Shown: piece by piece, positions 9,537 through 18,978 of the stretch
Layout of the letters: each line of letters starts with the position of its first letter
How positions within the stretch are numbered: the stretch's first letter is position 1
NCBI GenBank assembly: GCA_964393205.1
Contig: CAYMSV010000001.1
Location: 244,581 to 308,580, forward strand
Length of the DNA stretch: 64,000 nucleotides
Source: an uncultured Pseudomonadales bacterium
Lineage (GTDB): Bacteria > Patescibacteriota > Microgenomatia > UBA1400 > PJMF01
Direction of reading: 5' to 3'
Made by a program: the position numbers and the translations under genes
The notes under the pieces: model-generated
Databases searched by the model: none
Told to the model about the DNA's origin: nothing
What the model saw: the letters and a program-made list of their open reading frames with translations, nothing else

Positions 9537-10651
9537 AGATACAGTCCCCAAAATAATAAGCTAATAAAAGCTTGAGTAATGTTGTTGTTGAAGAGACTAT
9601 GAGTTAATAGGGCTATTAGCAGAGAGATTTTAAAATGATTGTCGCTGCTAATTTGTTTTTTAGATTCTTGTGCTAGCAAAATTAAAATTAAAATTCCACC
9701 AAAAAGACCAAAACCATTGTAGAGAAAAATTAAAAAGTTATCGGCAAAGCGAGCGTGACTAATCAAGCCCTCTTTGTTTGTTTGATATTGAGGTGTAAAA
9801 GGCCCTTGCCCGACAATGACAGTTAAACCCTGGTTTTTGTTGATAAATTGTTTAGCAGTGACAATTCTTGCTTCAATGGAGCTAGTGCGTTGTAAATTAA
9901 CTCCTTCTCCACCACTCTTTTTTGGTAGAAAGGGAATGAGGGTTAGAAACAAAGTCACTGTTAGCAAGATAAACAACTTATGTGTTTTTTTACTTTTTAA
10001 CAATAAATAGCAGGAAGCTAAAATTAGACTTAAATAAGCAGCTCTAGAGTAAGTTAAAGCAATTCCAATTAAAAAAACGATGGCTAAAAAAACAGTTTTT
10101 TTATTAAGCTTTGGCTGTTTGGCGTAATAGAGCCAATTAAAAACAAAAAGCAGACCAGTAAAATTTGGATCCAACAGGGTGCCAGTGAGGCGATAGAAAT
10201 GATCATCAAAACCTAAGTGGTATAGGCTGGTTAAATCTGGCAAAAACAAGTATTGAAGAAAAGCGATTGCAAGCATAATTAGAGAAGCATTCAAAAAAAC
10301 CTGAATTATTTTTTTTTGACCAAACTCTTTTTTTAAGAATAATACAAAAAGAAAATAAGCACTCGCTCTTGCTAAATATAGCAGGCTGGTGAATGCAAAT
10401 TCTTTTTGCCAAAGCGCATAAATTGTGGCTAGAAAAATATTTAGAAAAAGAAGTAAAAATATTTTTTTATTAAAATTTTTTATTTTTTTTATATTTTTAA
10501 TAATTTTTTTAAGTTGAGTTAAATTGAAAAATAAATAAGCAATGACTAAAATATCATGCAAATAAATAGTGAGGTATTGATTAGGATTGATTCTCCCCAA
10601 CTCTCCTCCCGCAAAAAGTAATAAAAAGCTAATTAATAAAATATTTTTCAT
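9533..10651 (-). CDS. O-antigen ligase / Wzy_C family membrane protein
   Basis: Polytopic; motifs RLTGTLLDPN, LTYSRAAY, ADNF...GLFG and HSLFNN. Confidence 0.8.
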   Translation of the reverse strand: MKNILLISFLLLFAGGELGRINPNQYLTIYLHDILVIAYLFFNLTQLKKIIKNIKKIKNFNKKIFLLLFLNIFLATIYALWQKEFAFTSLLYLARASAYFLFVLFLKKEFGQKKIIQVFLNASLIMLAIAFLQYLFLPDLTSLYHLGFDDHFYRLTGTLLDPNFTGLLFVFNWLYYAKQPKLNKKTVFLAIVFLIGIALTYSRAAYLSLILASCYLLLKSKKTHKLFILLTVTLFLTLIPFLPKKSGGEGVNLQRTSSIEARIVTAKQFINKNQGLTVIVGQGPFTPQYQTNKEGLISHARFADNFLIFLYNGFGLFGGILILILLAQESKKQISSDNHFKISLLIALLTHSLFNNNITQAFISLLFWGLYL

Positions 10652-11417
10652 AGAGATAAATTCTAACTAGTAAAGAGTGAAAACTCATCACAACAGCATA
10701 GCTTAGCCCAGCAAAACCATCCAAAAAACCCAGTTTAAATAGATAATTGACTAAGAATTTAGCAGGAGGATAGAAAAAAAGTTGCAGGCACAAAGCTAAT
10801 TTTGACTGCTTTTGCTTTTTTGATAAACGATAGATAGCTTCCAGTTGGGCATAGCGATCAATTGCTTTTAAAAACTCTTCCAGATTTTTATGGGCCAAAT
10901 GTTTAATAAGTAAATAACTCTGCTCTACTCGACCATTAATTAGAGCTATTTCATGAATGCTGCGTTGATATTTAATTCTATCACTTCTGGCTAAACGAAT
11001 TGGCTGACAGTTACCTGCCTCACCAAAACGGAGTTTTTGACCATGGAAAAAATCGAGTCTTTTAATTTTGTAAGCAGCAACCTTTTTCTTTTTAAGCAAG
11101 TTGGGCAATTGTGCTAAGTTTTTAGAACTGAGAATTTCATCGCTATCTAGAAACATTAACCAAGGGGTTTTCACCATTTTAACAGCTTTGTTGCGCAGCT
11201 CAGCGAAGTCTTTAATAGGATACTTTCTAAAGATTAGGCGTAGTTTTAATTGAGGATTAATTTTTTTTAGTTTTTTTTCTAACTTTGGCCAATCATTATT
11301 AATATCTTGTTCAAAGACAATTAATTCTTGAGCAATAGCTGCACTCAATAGCGCTTCATGAAAAATTTGATCGTGGCGATCATTGAGAATGACAATGCTT
11401 AAACCTTTAATTAACAT
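10629..11417 (-). CDS. GT2 family glycosyltransferase (beta-1,4-glucosyltransferase-like)
   Basis: Motifs DFAELRN, WLMFLDSDE (DxD), IHE and GFLDGFAG. Confidence 0.8.
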   Translation of the reverse strand: MLIKGLSIVILNDRHDQIFHEALLSAAIAQELIVFEQDINNDWPKLEKKLKKINPQLKLRLIFRKYPIKDFAELRNKAVKMVKTPWLMFLDSDEILSSKNLAQLPNLLKKKKVAAYKIKRLDFFHGQKLRFGEAGNCQPIRLARSDRIKYQRSIHEIALINGRVEQSYLLIKHLAHKNLEEFLKAIDRYAQLEAIYRLSKKQKQSKLALCLQLFFYPPAKFLVNYLFKLGFLDGFAGLSYAVVMSFHSLLVRIYLYEKYFIN

Positions 11418-12635
11418 TTAGTTCTTTTTAATAGTCAGTAAGCTAATAGGTAGACTGATTAATCTAGCCAGCAGAATGCCTAAACAGGCGCCAAACAAAC
11501 CATAAATAGGAGTTAAGAGAAGAATGCCCAGCACCATCAAAATTAAAGAAATAAAGAGATGGAGATTCATTGGTAGATATTTTTTTTGACTAATTAATAA
11601 AGCATAAACGATATTAGATAAACTATGGATCAAACCAGCTAATACCAAAACTGGGATAATTTGAACAGCTTCTAGCCATTGGTCTCCCAGTATGAGATTA
11701 ACAAAAAATTCTGGCCAAATTAGCAGTGGTAAACTAAAGGTAAAACTTAGCAACAGCGTTGTTAAAATTGATTTTTTAAAAGCCCTACCAAGCCTTGTTT
11801 CTTGTTTTTCTTTGTGTAACTTAGCAAAAACTGGCATTAGACCATGATGAGCTGATTTTGAAAGTTCATAATTAACTTTATGGCTCAATGAATAGGAATT
11901 ATGATAAATACCTAGCTGGTGAGCGCCGAGTAATTTACCTATGACAAAGTCATCGGCATTATCATTAAGATAGGAAAAGAAACTGGCCAACATTAGGGAC
12001 TTGGCGTTATAAAAAATGTATTTAGCACGTTTTGAGTGATAATGAAATTTGGGTTTTTCTTGATTCATGATAAAGGAAATTAAAACTTCAAAAAAAGCGG
12101 CAAAAATGACCCCCAGTACCAGCGCCCAAACAGATCGTAAAAAATAAGCGAGTACAATTTGAACTAAAACTTCTGCGCCTAAATGCAGAGCATGATAAAA
12201 ACCTTCTCGACCAAAACGAAAAGTTTTTTGCCATTTGGCAATGGCTGGGTTTATAAAACCTTTAATAATTGGAATGAGAGCAGCGAGGGTAATTAGAGGG
12301 AGCAAAATCTCTTCTTGGTAAAAATCTTTCATCACAAAGCCCAATAAGAGCATAATTAAAGCAATGAAAAAACCACGAACTATGGCAATCACCCAAGCAG
12401 TGTCTAGAAAATAATCAATGCTTTTTTTAGATTGAACAATAGTGATATTAATACCGGTTTGAGTGAAGCTTTCGGTCAGACCAATAGCAATCATCACTAG
12501 AGAAAAAAGACCAAAATCATTAGGTTGAAGTAATCTGGCTAAAATAATAATTTTGCCAAAATTTAGTGCAAAAACAAAGACTTTTTGCAAGCTTTGTACA
12601 GAAAAACCAGCAACAGCATGGTGTTTATAGCCCAT
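11418..12635 (-). CDS. Polysaccharide flippase (Wzx/PST, MOP superfamily)
   Basis: Motifs LARLLQPNDFG, DDFVIGKLLG..LGIY and LGDQW; polytopic. Confidence 0.85.
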   Translation of the reverse strand: MGYKHHAVAGFSVQSLQKVFVFALNFGKIIILARLLQPNDFGLFSLVMIAIGLTESFTQTGINITIVQSKKSIDYFLDTAWVIAIVRGFFIALIMLLLGFVMKDFYQEEILLPLITLAALIPIIKGFINPAIAKWQKTFRFGREGFYHALHLGAEVLVQIVLAYFLRSVWALVLGVIFAAFFEVLISFIMNQEKPKFHYHSKRAKYIFYNAKSLMLASFFSYLNDNADDFVIGKLLGAHQLGIYHNSYSLSHKVNYELSKSAHHGLMPVFAKLHKEKQETRLGRAFKKSILTTLLLSFTFSLPLLIWPEFFVNLILGDQWLEAVQIIPVLVLAGLIHSLSNIVYALLISQKKYLPMNLHLFISLILMVLGILLLTPIYGLFGACLGILLARLISLPISLLTIKKN

Positions 12636-12701
12636 GATCTAATTATAAAGTAATCTTTGCTGCTTGCCAGCTAGTAACTATCGGCGTTAGAATAAAAAGT
12701 T

Positions 12702-13289
12702 ATGGCAAAAGTTTTACATAAAATTGGCAGCGGATTTCTAGATTTAATAGAAACGATAGCTATCTCTTTATCAATTTTTTTGGTAGTTTATTTATTTTTG
12801 ATGCAACCTCATCAGGTTAATGGTCAATCAATGGTACCTAACTTCCAAAATGGTGAACACGTGATGACAGATAAGATTACTTATAAAATGCGAGATCCAC
12901 TACGGGGTGAAATAGTGGTTTTTCATGCACCACCAGCAGCAGGTTGTGCTGAAGGAACTGGCTGTGATTTTATTAAAAGAATTATTGCTATACCTGGAGA
13001 CACTATTGCTGTTAAAGATAACGCTGTGTGGGTTAATGGAGAAAAATTACCAGAACCCTATATTCCTGCAGATTATGAAATCTTGGCTGGCAGGGCAACA
13101 CTCAATCAAGAAATCTATTTAGGGTCAAACGAATATTTTGTAGTTGGAGATAATCGACCTCACTCAAGTGATTCTCGATCTTGGGGAGCAATCACAAAAG
13201 ACGATATTGTTGGACGAGTGTTTTTGCGCTATTGGCCACCCAAAGAGATTTCTCTAATTCAAAAAGCTGACTATCCAATGAATTTTTAA
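12702..13289 (+). CDS. lepB: Signal peptidase I
   Basis: Catalytic Ser in GQSMVPN and Lys in FIKRII; GDNRPHSSDSRSWG. Confidence 0.95.
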   Translation: MAKVLHKIGSGFLDLIETIAISLSIFLVVYLFLMQPHQVNGQSMVPNFQNGEHVMTDKITYKMRDPLRGEIVVFHAPPAAGCAEGTGCDFIKRIIAIPGDTIAVKDNAVWVNGEKLPEPYIPADYEILAGRATLNQEIYLGSNEYFVVGDNRPHSSDSRSWGAITKDDIVGRVFLRYWPPKEISLIQKADYPMNF

Positions 13290-13380
13290 TTAATCAGTGT
13301 TTTTACTTCTTCCTTATTTTTAAATGATTTTGTATATTGAACTTGAGTAATTGCTAGTAAAGCAAGTACAATAGGCGCTA

Positions 13381-14367
13381 ATGACAAAAAACCAAACATT
13401 GTTGAAAGAACAATTTCCCGCAGTGGACTGGTCTTTTGATTTAATCCTAGCTAACAAAACCTATTTTAGATTGGGTGGTTGCGCAGAGATTTTTTATAAA
13501 GTGAAAGAAATTGACTTATTAAAAAAAATCTTAGTCTTTTGTGACGAGCAATCAATTCCTTGGATTGTGGTTGGTGGTTTAAGTAACGTGGTGGTTGCCG
13601 ATTCTGGAATTAAGGGCTTGGTTCTGCAAATGGCTTGTGATACTTTCTCTTTAATTCAAGAAGATGATCAAGGAGTAACTTTTCAGGCTGAGGCCGGTAT
13701 TAAGACCAATCAATTGGTAATGAAAGCTGCCAAGCTGAGCGGTACGGGTTTAGAAGGTTTTATCGGGGTGCCAGGCACTTTGGGCGGAGCTATTTATAAC
13801 AATGCTCATTATTTAGATTTTTTAATTGGAGATTATATTAAAGAAGTCACTGTTTTTCATGTGAAAAACAATAAAGAAATAATACTTTCACATGAAAATT
13901 GTAAATTTGCTTATGAACATTCGATTTTTCAAGAAGATAGTCAATTAGTTATTTTGTCTGCTGAATTTTCCTTGAACAAAGATGATTCAAACAAAATTGA
14001 GGAAAAAATCAAGGAGGCACAGATTAGGCGGTTAAATACTCAGCCCCTCAATTATCCCAGTTCTGGTTGTATTTTTCGCAATCCCCATAACACAGAATAT
14101 TTAAAAAAAATATTTCCTCAATTTGCCAATCAAGAATTTATACCGGCTGGTTTTTTAATTGATCAAGCAGGCTTAAAAGAACAAAAACGAGGAGCAATTG
14201 TGGTTAGTGACAAACATGCTGCTTTTTTAGTTAATATGACTGAACAGTTAAAAGTGGCCGCTAAGACCAGCGATTTAAAAAAACTAATTGCCTTAATTCG
14301 CTCAACAGTTAAAGAAAAATTTCAAGTAGAATTAGAAGAAGAGGTTTTTTATTTAGGTAAAGATTAA
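13381..14367 (+). CDS. murB: UDP-N-acetylenolpyruvoylglucosamine reductase (type II)
   Basis: Motifs GGLSNV, GLEG...PGTLGGA..NA, QP...PSSGCIFRNP, KHAAFLVN and LEEEV. Confidence 0.93.
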   Translation: MTKNQTLLKEQFPAVDWSFDLILANKTYFRLGGCAEIFYKVKEIDLLKKILVFCDEQSIPWIVVGGLSNVVVADSGIKGLVLQMACDTFSLIQEDDQGVTFQAEAGIKTNQLVMKAAKLSGTGLEGFIGVPGTLGGAIYNNAHYLDFLIGDYIKEVTVFHVKNNKEIILSHENCKFAYEHSIFQEDSQLVILSAEFSLNKDDSNKIEEKIKEAQIRRLNTQPLNYPSSGCIFRNPHNTEYLKKIFPQFANQEFIPAGFLIDQAGLKEQKRGAIVVSDKHAAFLVNMTEQLKVAAKTSDLKKLIALIRSTVKEKFQVELEEEVFYLGKD

Positions 14368-14380
14368 TAGAAAGTTTATT

Positions 14381-15730
14381 ATGAGTGACAAATCCAAATC
14401 TGCTTTCATTATCAAGGGCAACACTCCTCTACATGGTAGTGTTAGAGTAGGTGGCGCTAAAAATGCTTCTTATAAACTCATGATTGCTTCGTTGTTAGCG
14501 AGTAGCGAGTGTCGTTTGTTAAATTTACCCAATATTGCAGATGTAGAAATGGTAAAAAAAATTATCAATGAATTGGGAGCCAGAGCTTATGATGCTGGAG
14601 AACACACCTTATTTATTGATCCTCAAAACTTTCGTTTTAGTCGGGTGGATGGTCAATATGGTAAGCGATCTAGAGCTTCGTCTTTATTTTTGCCAGTATT
14701 ATTAGCTAAGTTTGGTGAGGCTGCTGTTCCCCTACCCGGTGGTGATCAAATTGGTAAACGTCCTTTGGATAGGCACATGCAAGGTTTAGAAAAAATGGGA
14801 GTGAAGTTTTCACAAGATGGTGAAATGTTAGTAGCAAGAATTAATACTAATGGTCCGAAAAAGAGATTAAAAGCTTGTCACTATAAGTTTGAAAAAAACA
14901 CTCACACTGGTACTGAAACTTTGATTATGGCAGCAGCATTGGCTGAGGGAAAAACAGTTTTAGAAAATGCGGCGCTGGAACCTGAAATTGATGATTTGAT
15001 AACTTTTCTAAATGCTATGGGAGCCAAAATTCGTCGTCGCTCTTTTCGTAAAATTGAGATTGAAGGAGTGGAGCGTTTAAATGGAGCCATTCATCGAGTA
15101 ATGCCCGATCGAAATGAGGCGGTGAGCTATGCTTGCGCAGCTATTATTACTAGAGGTGATATTGTTGTTGAAAATGCTCAGCATCAAGATTTAACTGCTT
15201 TTTTGGAAAAATTAGATGAAGTCGGAGCTGGTTATGAAATAGGTACTTACGGAATTCGTTTTTATTATAAGGGTGCACTGCGAGCCACAGATATTGAAAC
15301 AGAGATTCATCCAGGCTTTATGACTGATTGGCAACCCCTCTTTGCCACTTTGCTCTGTCGCAGTCATGGTGAAAGCATTATCCATGAAACTGTTATGCAG
15401 AGTCGTTTTCAATATGTGGAACATCTTAGAGAGATGGGCGCTAAAATTGAATACTTTAATCCTGAAGTGAAGCACCCAGAAAAAACTTATAATTTTAATT
15501 GGGCAGATAATCGAGCAGAAGATTACCACGCTATTAAAATTTTTGGTCCCTGTGATTTTAAGGCTGGGAAATTTGAGGTTCATGATTTAAGAGCTGGAGC
15601 AACTATCATGTTGGCAGCCATTGCAGCCAAAGGTGAAACTGTATTGACTAATATTGAGCAAATTGAGCGTGGTTATCAATCTATTGAACAAAAACTCATT
15701 TCTATGGGTGCCGTAATCGAAAGGAAATAA
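14381..15730 (+). CDS. murA: UDP-N-acetylglucosamine 1-carboxyvinyltransferase
   Basis: Motifs GAKNA, RAS, LPGGDQIGKRP, EPEI, PGFMTDWQ, DLRAGA and IERGY. Confidence 0.96.
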   Translation: MSDKSKSAFIIKGNTPLHGSVRVGGAKNASYKLMIASLLASSECRLLNLPNIADVEMVKKIINELGARAYDAGEHTLFIDPQNFRFSRVDGQYGKRSRASSLFLPVLLAKFGEAAVPLPGGDQIGKRPLDRHMQGLEKMGVKFSQDGEMLVARINTNGPKKRLKACHYKFEKNTHTGTETLIMAAALAEGKTVLENAALEPEIDDLITFLNAMGAKIRRRSFRKIEIEGVERLNGAIHRVMPDRNEAVSYACAAIITRGDIVVENAQHQDLTAFLEKLDEVGAGYEIGTYGIRFYYKGALRATDIETEIHPGFMTDWQPLFATLLCRSHGESIIHETVMQSRFQYVEHLREMGAKIEYFNPEVKHPEKTYNFNWADNRAEDYHAIKIFGPCDFKAGKFEVHDLRAGATIMLAAIAAKGETVLTNIEQIERGYQSIEQKLISMGAVIERK

Positions 15731-15731
15731 A

Positions 15732-16775
15732 ATGGGATCAATTGTTTTGTTTTTAGGAATTTTACTGTTTTCTTTTATTTTAACTAGCATGGCAGTTGTG
15801 CCCTTTATTAACTTGCTTTACAAATTAAAATTTCGTCGAGCCAAACAAGAAACCAAGGATGCTTTTGGTAAGAGAACACCTATTTTCGATAAGTTTCACG
15901 GCAAAAAGGCCGGTGTGCCAGTGGGTGGAGGTTTATTGATTGTTTTATTAGTTTCAATTTTATTTGCCCTTATGATTCCTTTGCTGAATTATTTTGGGAT
16001 AGAGATTACTTCTATTCACCAAAATAACCAAGTGGAGATCAATGTTTTATTTTTTACTTTTTTATCTTTTGCTATTTTGGGTCTATATGATGATTTAAAA
16101 AAACTTTTCTCTTTTGAAAAGAGTAAGTTTTTTGGCTTGAGGTTGAGACAAAAATTAATTTTACAATTAATTTTGGCTTCGATTATTTCTTTAATGCTCT
16201 ATTATCAGTTGGGAATTTCTATTTTGCATGTTCCTTTTGTTGGTACTTTTGAATTAGGTTGGGCATATATTCCTTTTGCTAGTTTTGTCATTATCGCTTT
16301 TACCAATGCCGTTAATATTACTGACGGTTTAGATGGTTTAGCGTCTGGTTTATTAATGATCGGTTTGTTTGGTTTGTGGATTTTGTCTTCTAGTATTTTA
16401 GATATACCACTTTCGATATTCATTGCTTTATGGCTAGGTTCCTTAATCTCTATGCTTTACTTCAATGTTTTTCCAGCTCGTTTATTTATGGGAGATGTAG
16501 GTTCCCTAGCTTTTGGAGCAACTCTAGCTGTTATTGGATTATTGTTGGGCAAGGTTTTTACTCTACTCATCATTGGTTTTATTTTCGTTTTAGAGATCAG
16601 TAGTTCTTTGTTACAGCTATTGTCTAAAAAATATTTGAAGCGAAAAATTTTGCCAGCAGCACCTCTACACCTTACCCTGCAAGAGCGTGGTTGGGATGAA
16701 CCAAAAATTGTTCAACGAGCTTGGTTAATACAAATTATGCTAACTCTTTTTGGTCTGTGGTTGGCTTTTATTTAA
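15732..16775 (+). CDS. mraY: Phospho-N-acetylmuramoyl-pentapeptide transferase
   Basis: Motifs KKAGVPVGGG, GLYDD, NAVNITDGLDGLA, FMGDVGS and APLH. Confidence 0.95.
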   Translation: MGSIVLFLGILLFSFILTSMAVVPFINLLYKLKFRRAKQETKDAFGKRTPIFDKFHGKKAGVPVGGGLLIVLLVSILFALMIPLLNYFGIEITSIHQNNQVEINVLFFTFLSFAILGLYDDLKKLFSFEKSKFFGLRLRQKLILQLILASIISLMLYYQLGISILHVPFVGTFELGWAYIPFASFVIIAFTNAVNITDGLDGLASGLLMIGLFGLWILSSSILDIPLSIFIALWLGSLISMLYFNVFPARLFMGDVGSLAFGATLAVIGLLLGKVFTLLIIGFIFVLEISSSLLQLLSKKYLKRKILPAAPLHLTLQERGWDEPKIVQRAWLIQIMLTLFGLWLAFI

Positions 16776-16778
16776 ACA

Positions 16779-17855
16779 ATGTCAAAAGCAAATTGGAGTT
16801 TTTTAGTACTAGTTTTAGTTTTGTCTTTAACTGGCTTGTTTTTTTTATTTGAAGCCTCAACTGTTCAGAGTGTTAGATTATTTAACCATCCCTATCACTT
16901 CGTCACTCAGCAGGCCAAGTGGTTAGTTTTATCAATAATTTTAGCCAGTATCACCTATTTTCTTAATTTGAGAATTTTTCAAAAGTTGGCTACAGTCTTT
17001 TATTTTCTTGCCTTAGTATTATTACTTCTGCCATTGGTGCCAGGACTAGGTTTAACTCTAAATGGAGCGAGTCGTTGGATTAGTATTCTTGGCTATACTT
17101 TTCAACCAGTAGAAATCTTTAAATTCTTCTTTATCAGTTTTTACGCTAATTTATTGGCAAAAAAAACTAATTTTTTAAGTTTTGTCTTCTTTTTGATTTG
17201 GCCAGCTTTAATTTTACTATTGCAGCCTGACTTTGGTTCACTCTTGGTTTTGGTTTTTAGCGCCATGGTTATGTATTTTTTAGCTGGAGTAGATTTAAAA
17301 ACTTATGCGCTTGTTGTTTTTGGATTTTTTACTTTTGCTTTAATTGCTATTTTATTAATACCCTATCGACGAGAGCGCTTATTGAGTTTTTTCCGCAGCG
17401 ATGTAGATGTGCAGGCTGAGGCTTATCACACCCATCAAGTTTTATTGGCGCTAGGCAGTGGTTCTTGGTTTGGTCGAGGTATTGGTAATTCTCAGCAAAA
17501 GTATGCCTATGTACCAGAAGCTAGTAGTGATTCAATTTTCGCTATAATTGCCGAAGAGGTTGGATTTATTGGATCTTTTATTATTATGTTAATGTTTGCT
17601 GCCTATTTCTTTTTTGCCGAACGAATGATTGAAGTCAAAAAGCTTAATAAATATCAATATTTATTATTTTATGGAATTTTATCTTGGATAGCTGCTCAAC
17701 TACTATTTAATTTGGGAGCGGTGGTAGCACTGTTACCGCTTAGCGGCATGCCTTTGCCCTTTTTCTCTCAAGGAGGTTCTGCGCTCTTGAGTGTCTTTTT
17801 TGTCAGCGCTATATTGCTAAATATTAGTAAAAGTACTAGCAAAATGCTAAGATAA
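16779..17855 (+). CDS. ftsW: SEDS peptidoglycan glycosyltransferase FtsW
   Basis: Motifs NGASRWI, FQPVE, QPDFG, PEASSDSIFAIIAEE and GMPLPFFSQGGS; lies between mraY and murG. Confidence 0.9.
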   Translation: MSKANWSFLVLVLVLSLTGLFFLFEASTVQSVRLFNHPYHFVTQQAKWLVLSIILASITYFLNLRIFQKLATVFYFLALVLLLLPLVPGLGLTLNGASRWISILGYTFQPVEIFKFFFISFYANLLAKKTNFLSFVFFLIWPALILLLQPDFGSLLVLVFSAMVMYFLAGVDLKTYALVVFGFFTFALIAILLIPYRRERLLSFFRSDVDVQAEAYHTHQVLLALGSGSWFGRGIGNSQQKYAYVPEASSDSIFAIIAEEVGFIGSFIIMLMFAAYFFFAERMIEVKKLNKYQYLLFYGILSWIAAQLLFNLGAVVALLPLSGMPLPFFSQGGSALLSVFFVSAILLNISKSTSKMLR

Positions 17856-17859
17856 ATTT

Positions 17860-18978
17860 ATGAAAATTTTGATGACTGGAGCCCATTTAACTCCAGCTCT
17901 GGCCATGATTGATTATATTCAAGCTAAACACGCAGCTGATGAAATAGTTTTTGTGGGTCGTTTATTTAGTCAAGAAAAACTTAAGCAAAAAGCAGTTGAG
18001 GCCAGTGAAATTAAAAAACGAGGGATTAAGTTTGTTCCTTTTGAAGCAGTTAAATTTGTTAATCGATCAGTCTTTGATTTCTTTTTATCTCTGTTTATGT
18101 TCCCCAAAACCGTTAAGAGAGCTAAAAATATTTTGCGAACAGAGAAAGTAGAAATTTTACTTTCTTTTGGTTCTTATCTAGCAGTACCTTTTGTTTTGGC
18201 AGCCAAAAGTTTAAAAATCCCTGTGGTTACTCACGAGCAAACCATTGCTATGGGTAAAGCCAATCAATTTATTGCCAATTTAGCAGATAAAGTAGCGATA
18301 TCTTTTCCCGAGACCAAGCAATATTTAAAAAAAGATAATTATTTTTTAACTGGTAATCCAGTTAGGCAGTCGCTATTTCAAAAGGATCTTAAAAAACCCA
18401 GTTATCTTTCAGCTTCTAATAAAAAAATTATTTTAATAATGGGTGGCAATCAGGGCTCTTTTGTTATCAATAATTTATTAAAATCGGTGATAAAGGAATT
18501 ATTAGAAGATTTTACTGTAATTCATCAATGTGGTCGAGCTAATAAGCTCAAAAACTACCCAGCAGAATTAGCTAAAATGAAATCTACCCTTCCAGCTAAT
18601 TTACAGAAAAAATATTTTATTCGTCAGTGGATGGAAGAAGAAGAACTGTTTTGGCTTTACCAGAAAGCTGATTTTGCTATTACTAGAGCTGGAGCCAATA
18701 CCGTTTTAGAAATGTGCTTGGTACCTTTGCCAGCAATCTTAATACCCTTACCCAACACCTACAATGATGAACAAACGCTTAATGCTCAAATGATGGAAAA
18801 AGCAGGTGGAGCGATTACTATTCATCAAAACAACTTGAGTCCAAAAAAATTATTAAGCGCTGTTGAATTAATGAAAAAAGAACATCAACAAATGCGTCGA
18901 AAGCTTGCTCAGGGTCAATTTTATCAACAAGCAGAACCAAAAATTTATCAACTATTAGTCGATGCCCATCAAAAATAA
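17860..18978 (+). CDS. murG: Lipid II GlcNAc transferase MurG
   Basis: Motifs HEQ..GKAN, TGNPVR, GGNQGS, RAGANT and EQTLNA; dcw position. Confidence 0.92.
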   Translation: MKILMTGAHLTPALAMIDYIQAKHAADEIVFVGRLFSQEKLKQKAVEASEIKKRGIKFVPFEAVKFVNRSVFDFFLSLFMFPKTVKRAKNILRTEKVEILLSFGSYLAVPFVLAAKSLKIPVVTHEQTIAMGKANQFIANLADKVAISFPETKQYLKKDNYFLTGNPVRQSLFQKDLKKPSYLSASNKKIILIMGGNQGSFVINNLLKSVIKELLEDFTVIHQCGRANKLKNYPAELAKMKSTLPANLQKKYFIRQWMEEEELFWLYQKADFAITRAGANTVLEMCLVPLPAILIPLPNTYNDEQTLNAQMMEKAGGAITIHQNNLSPKKLLSAVELMKKEHQQMRRKLAQGQFYQQAEPKIYQLLVDAHQK

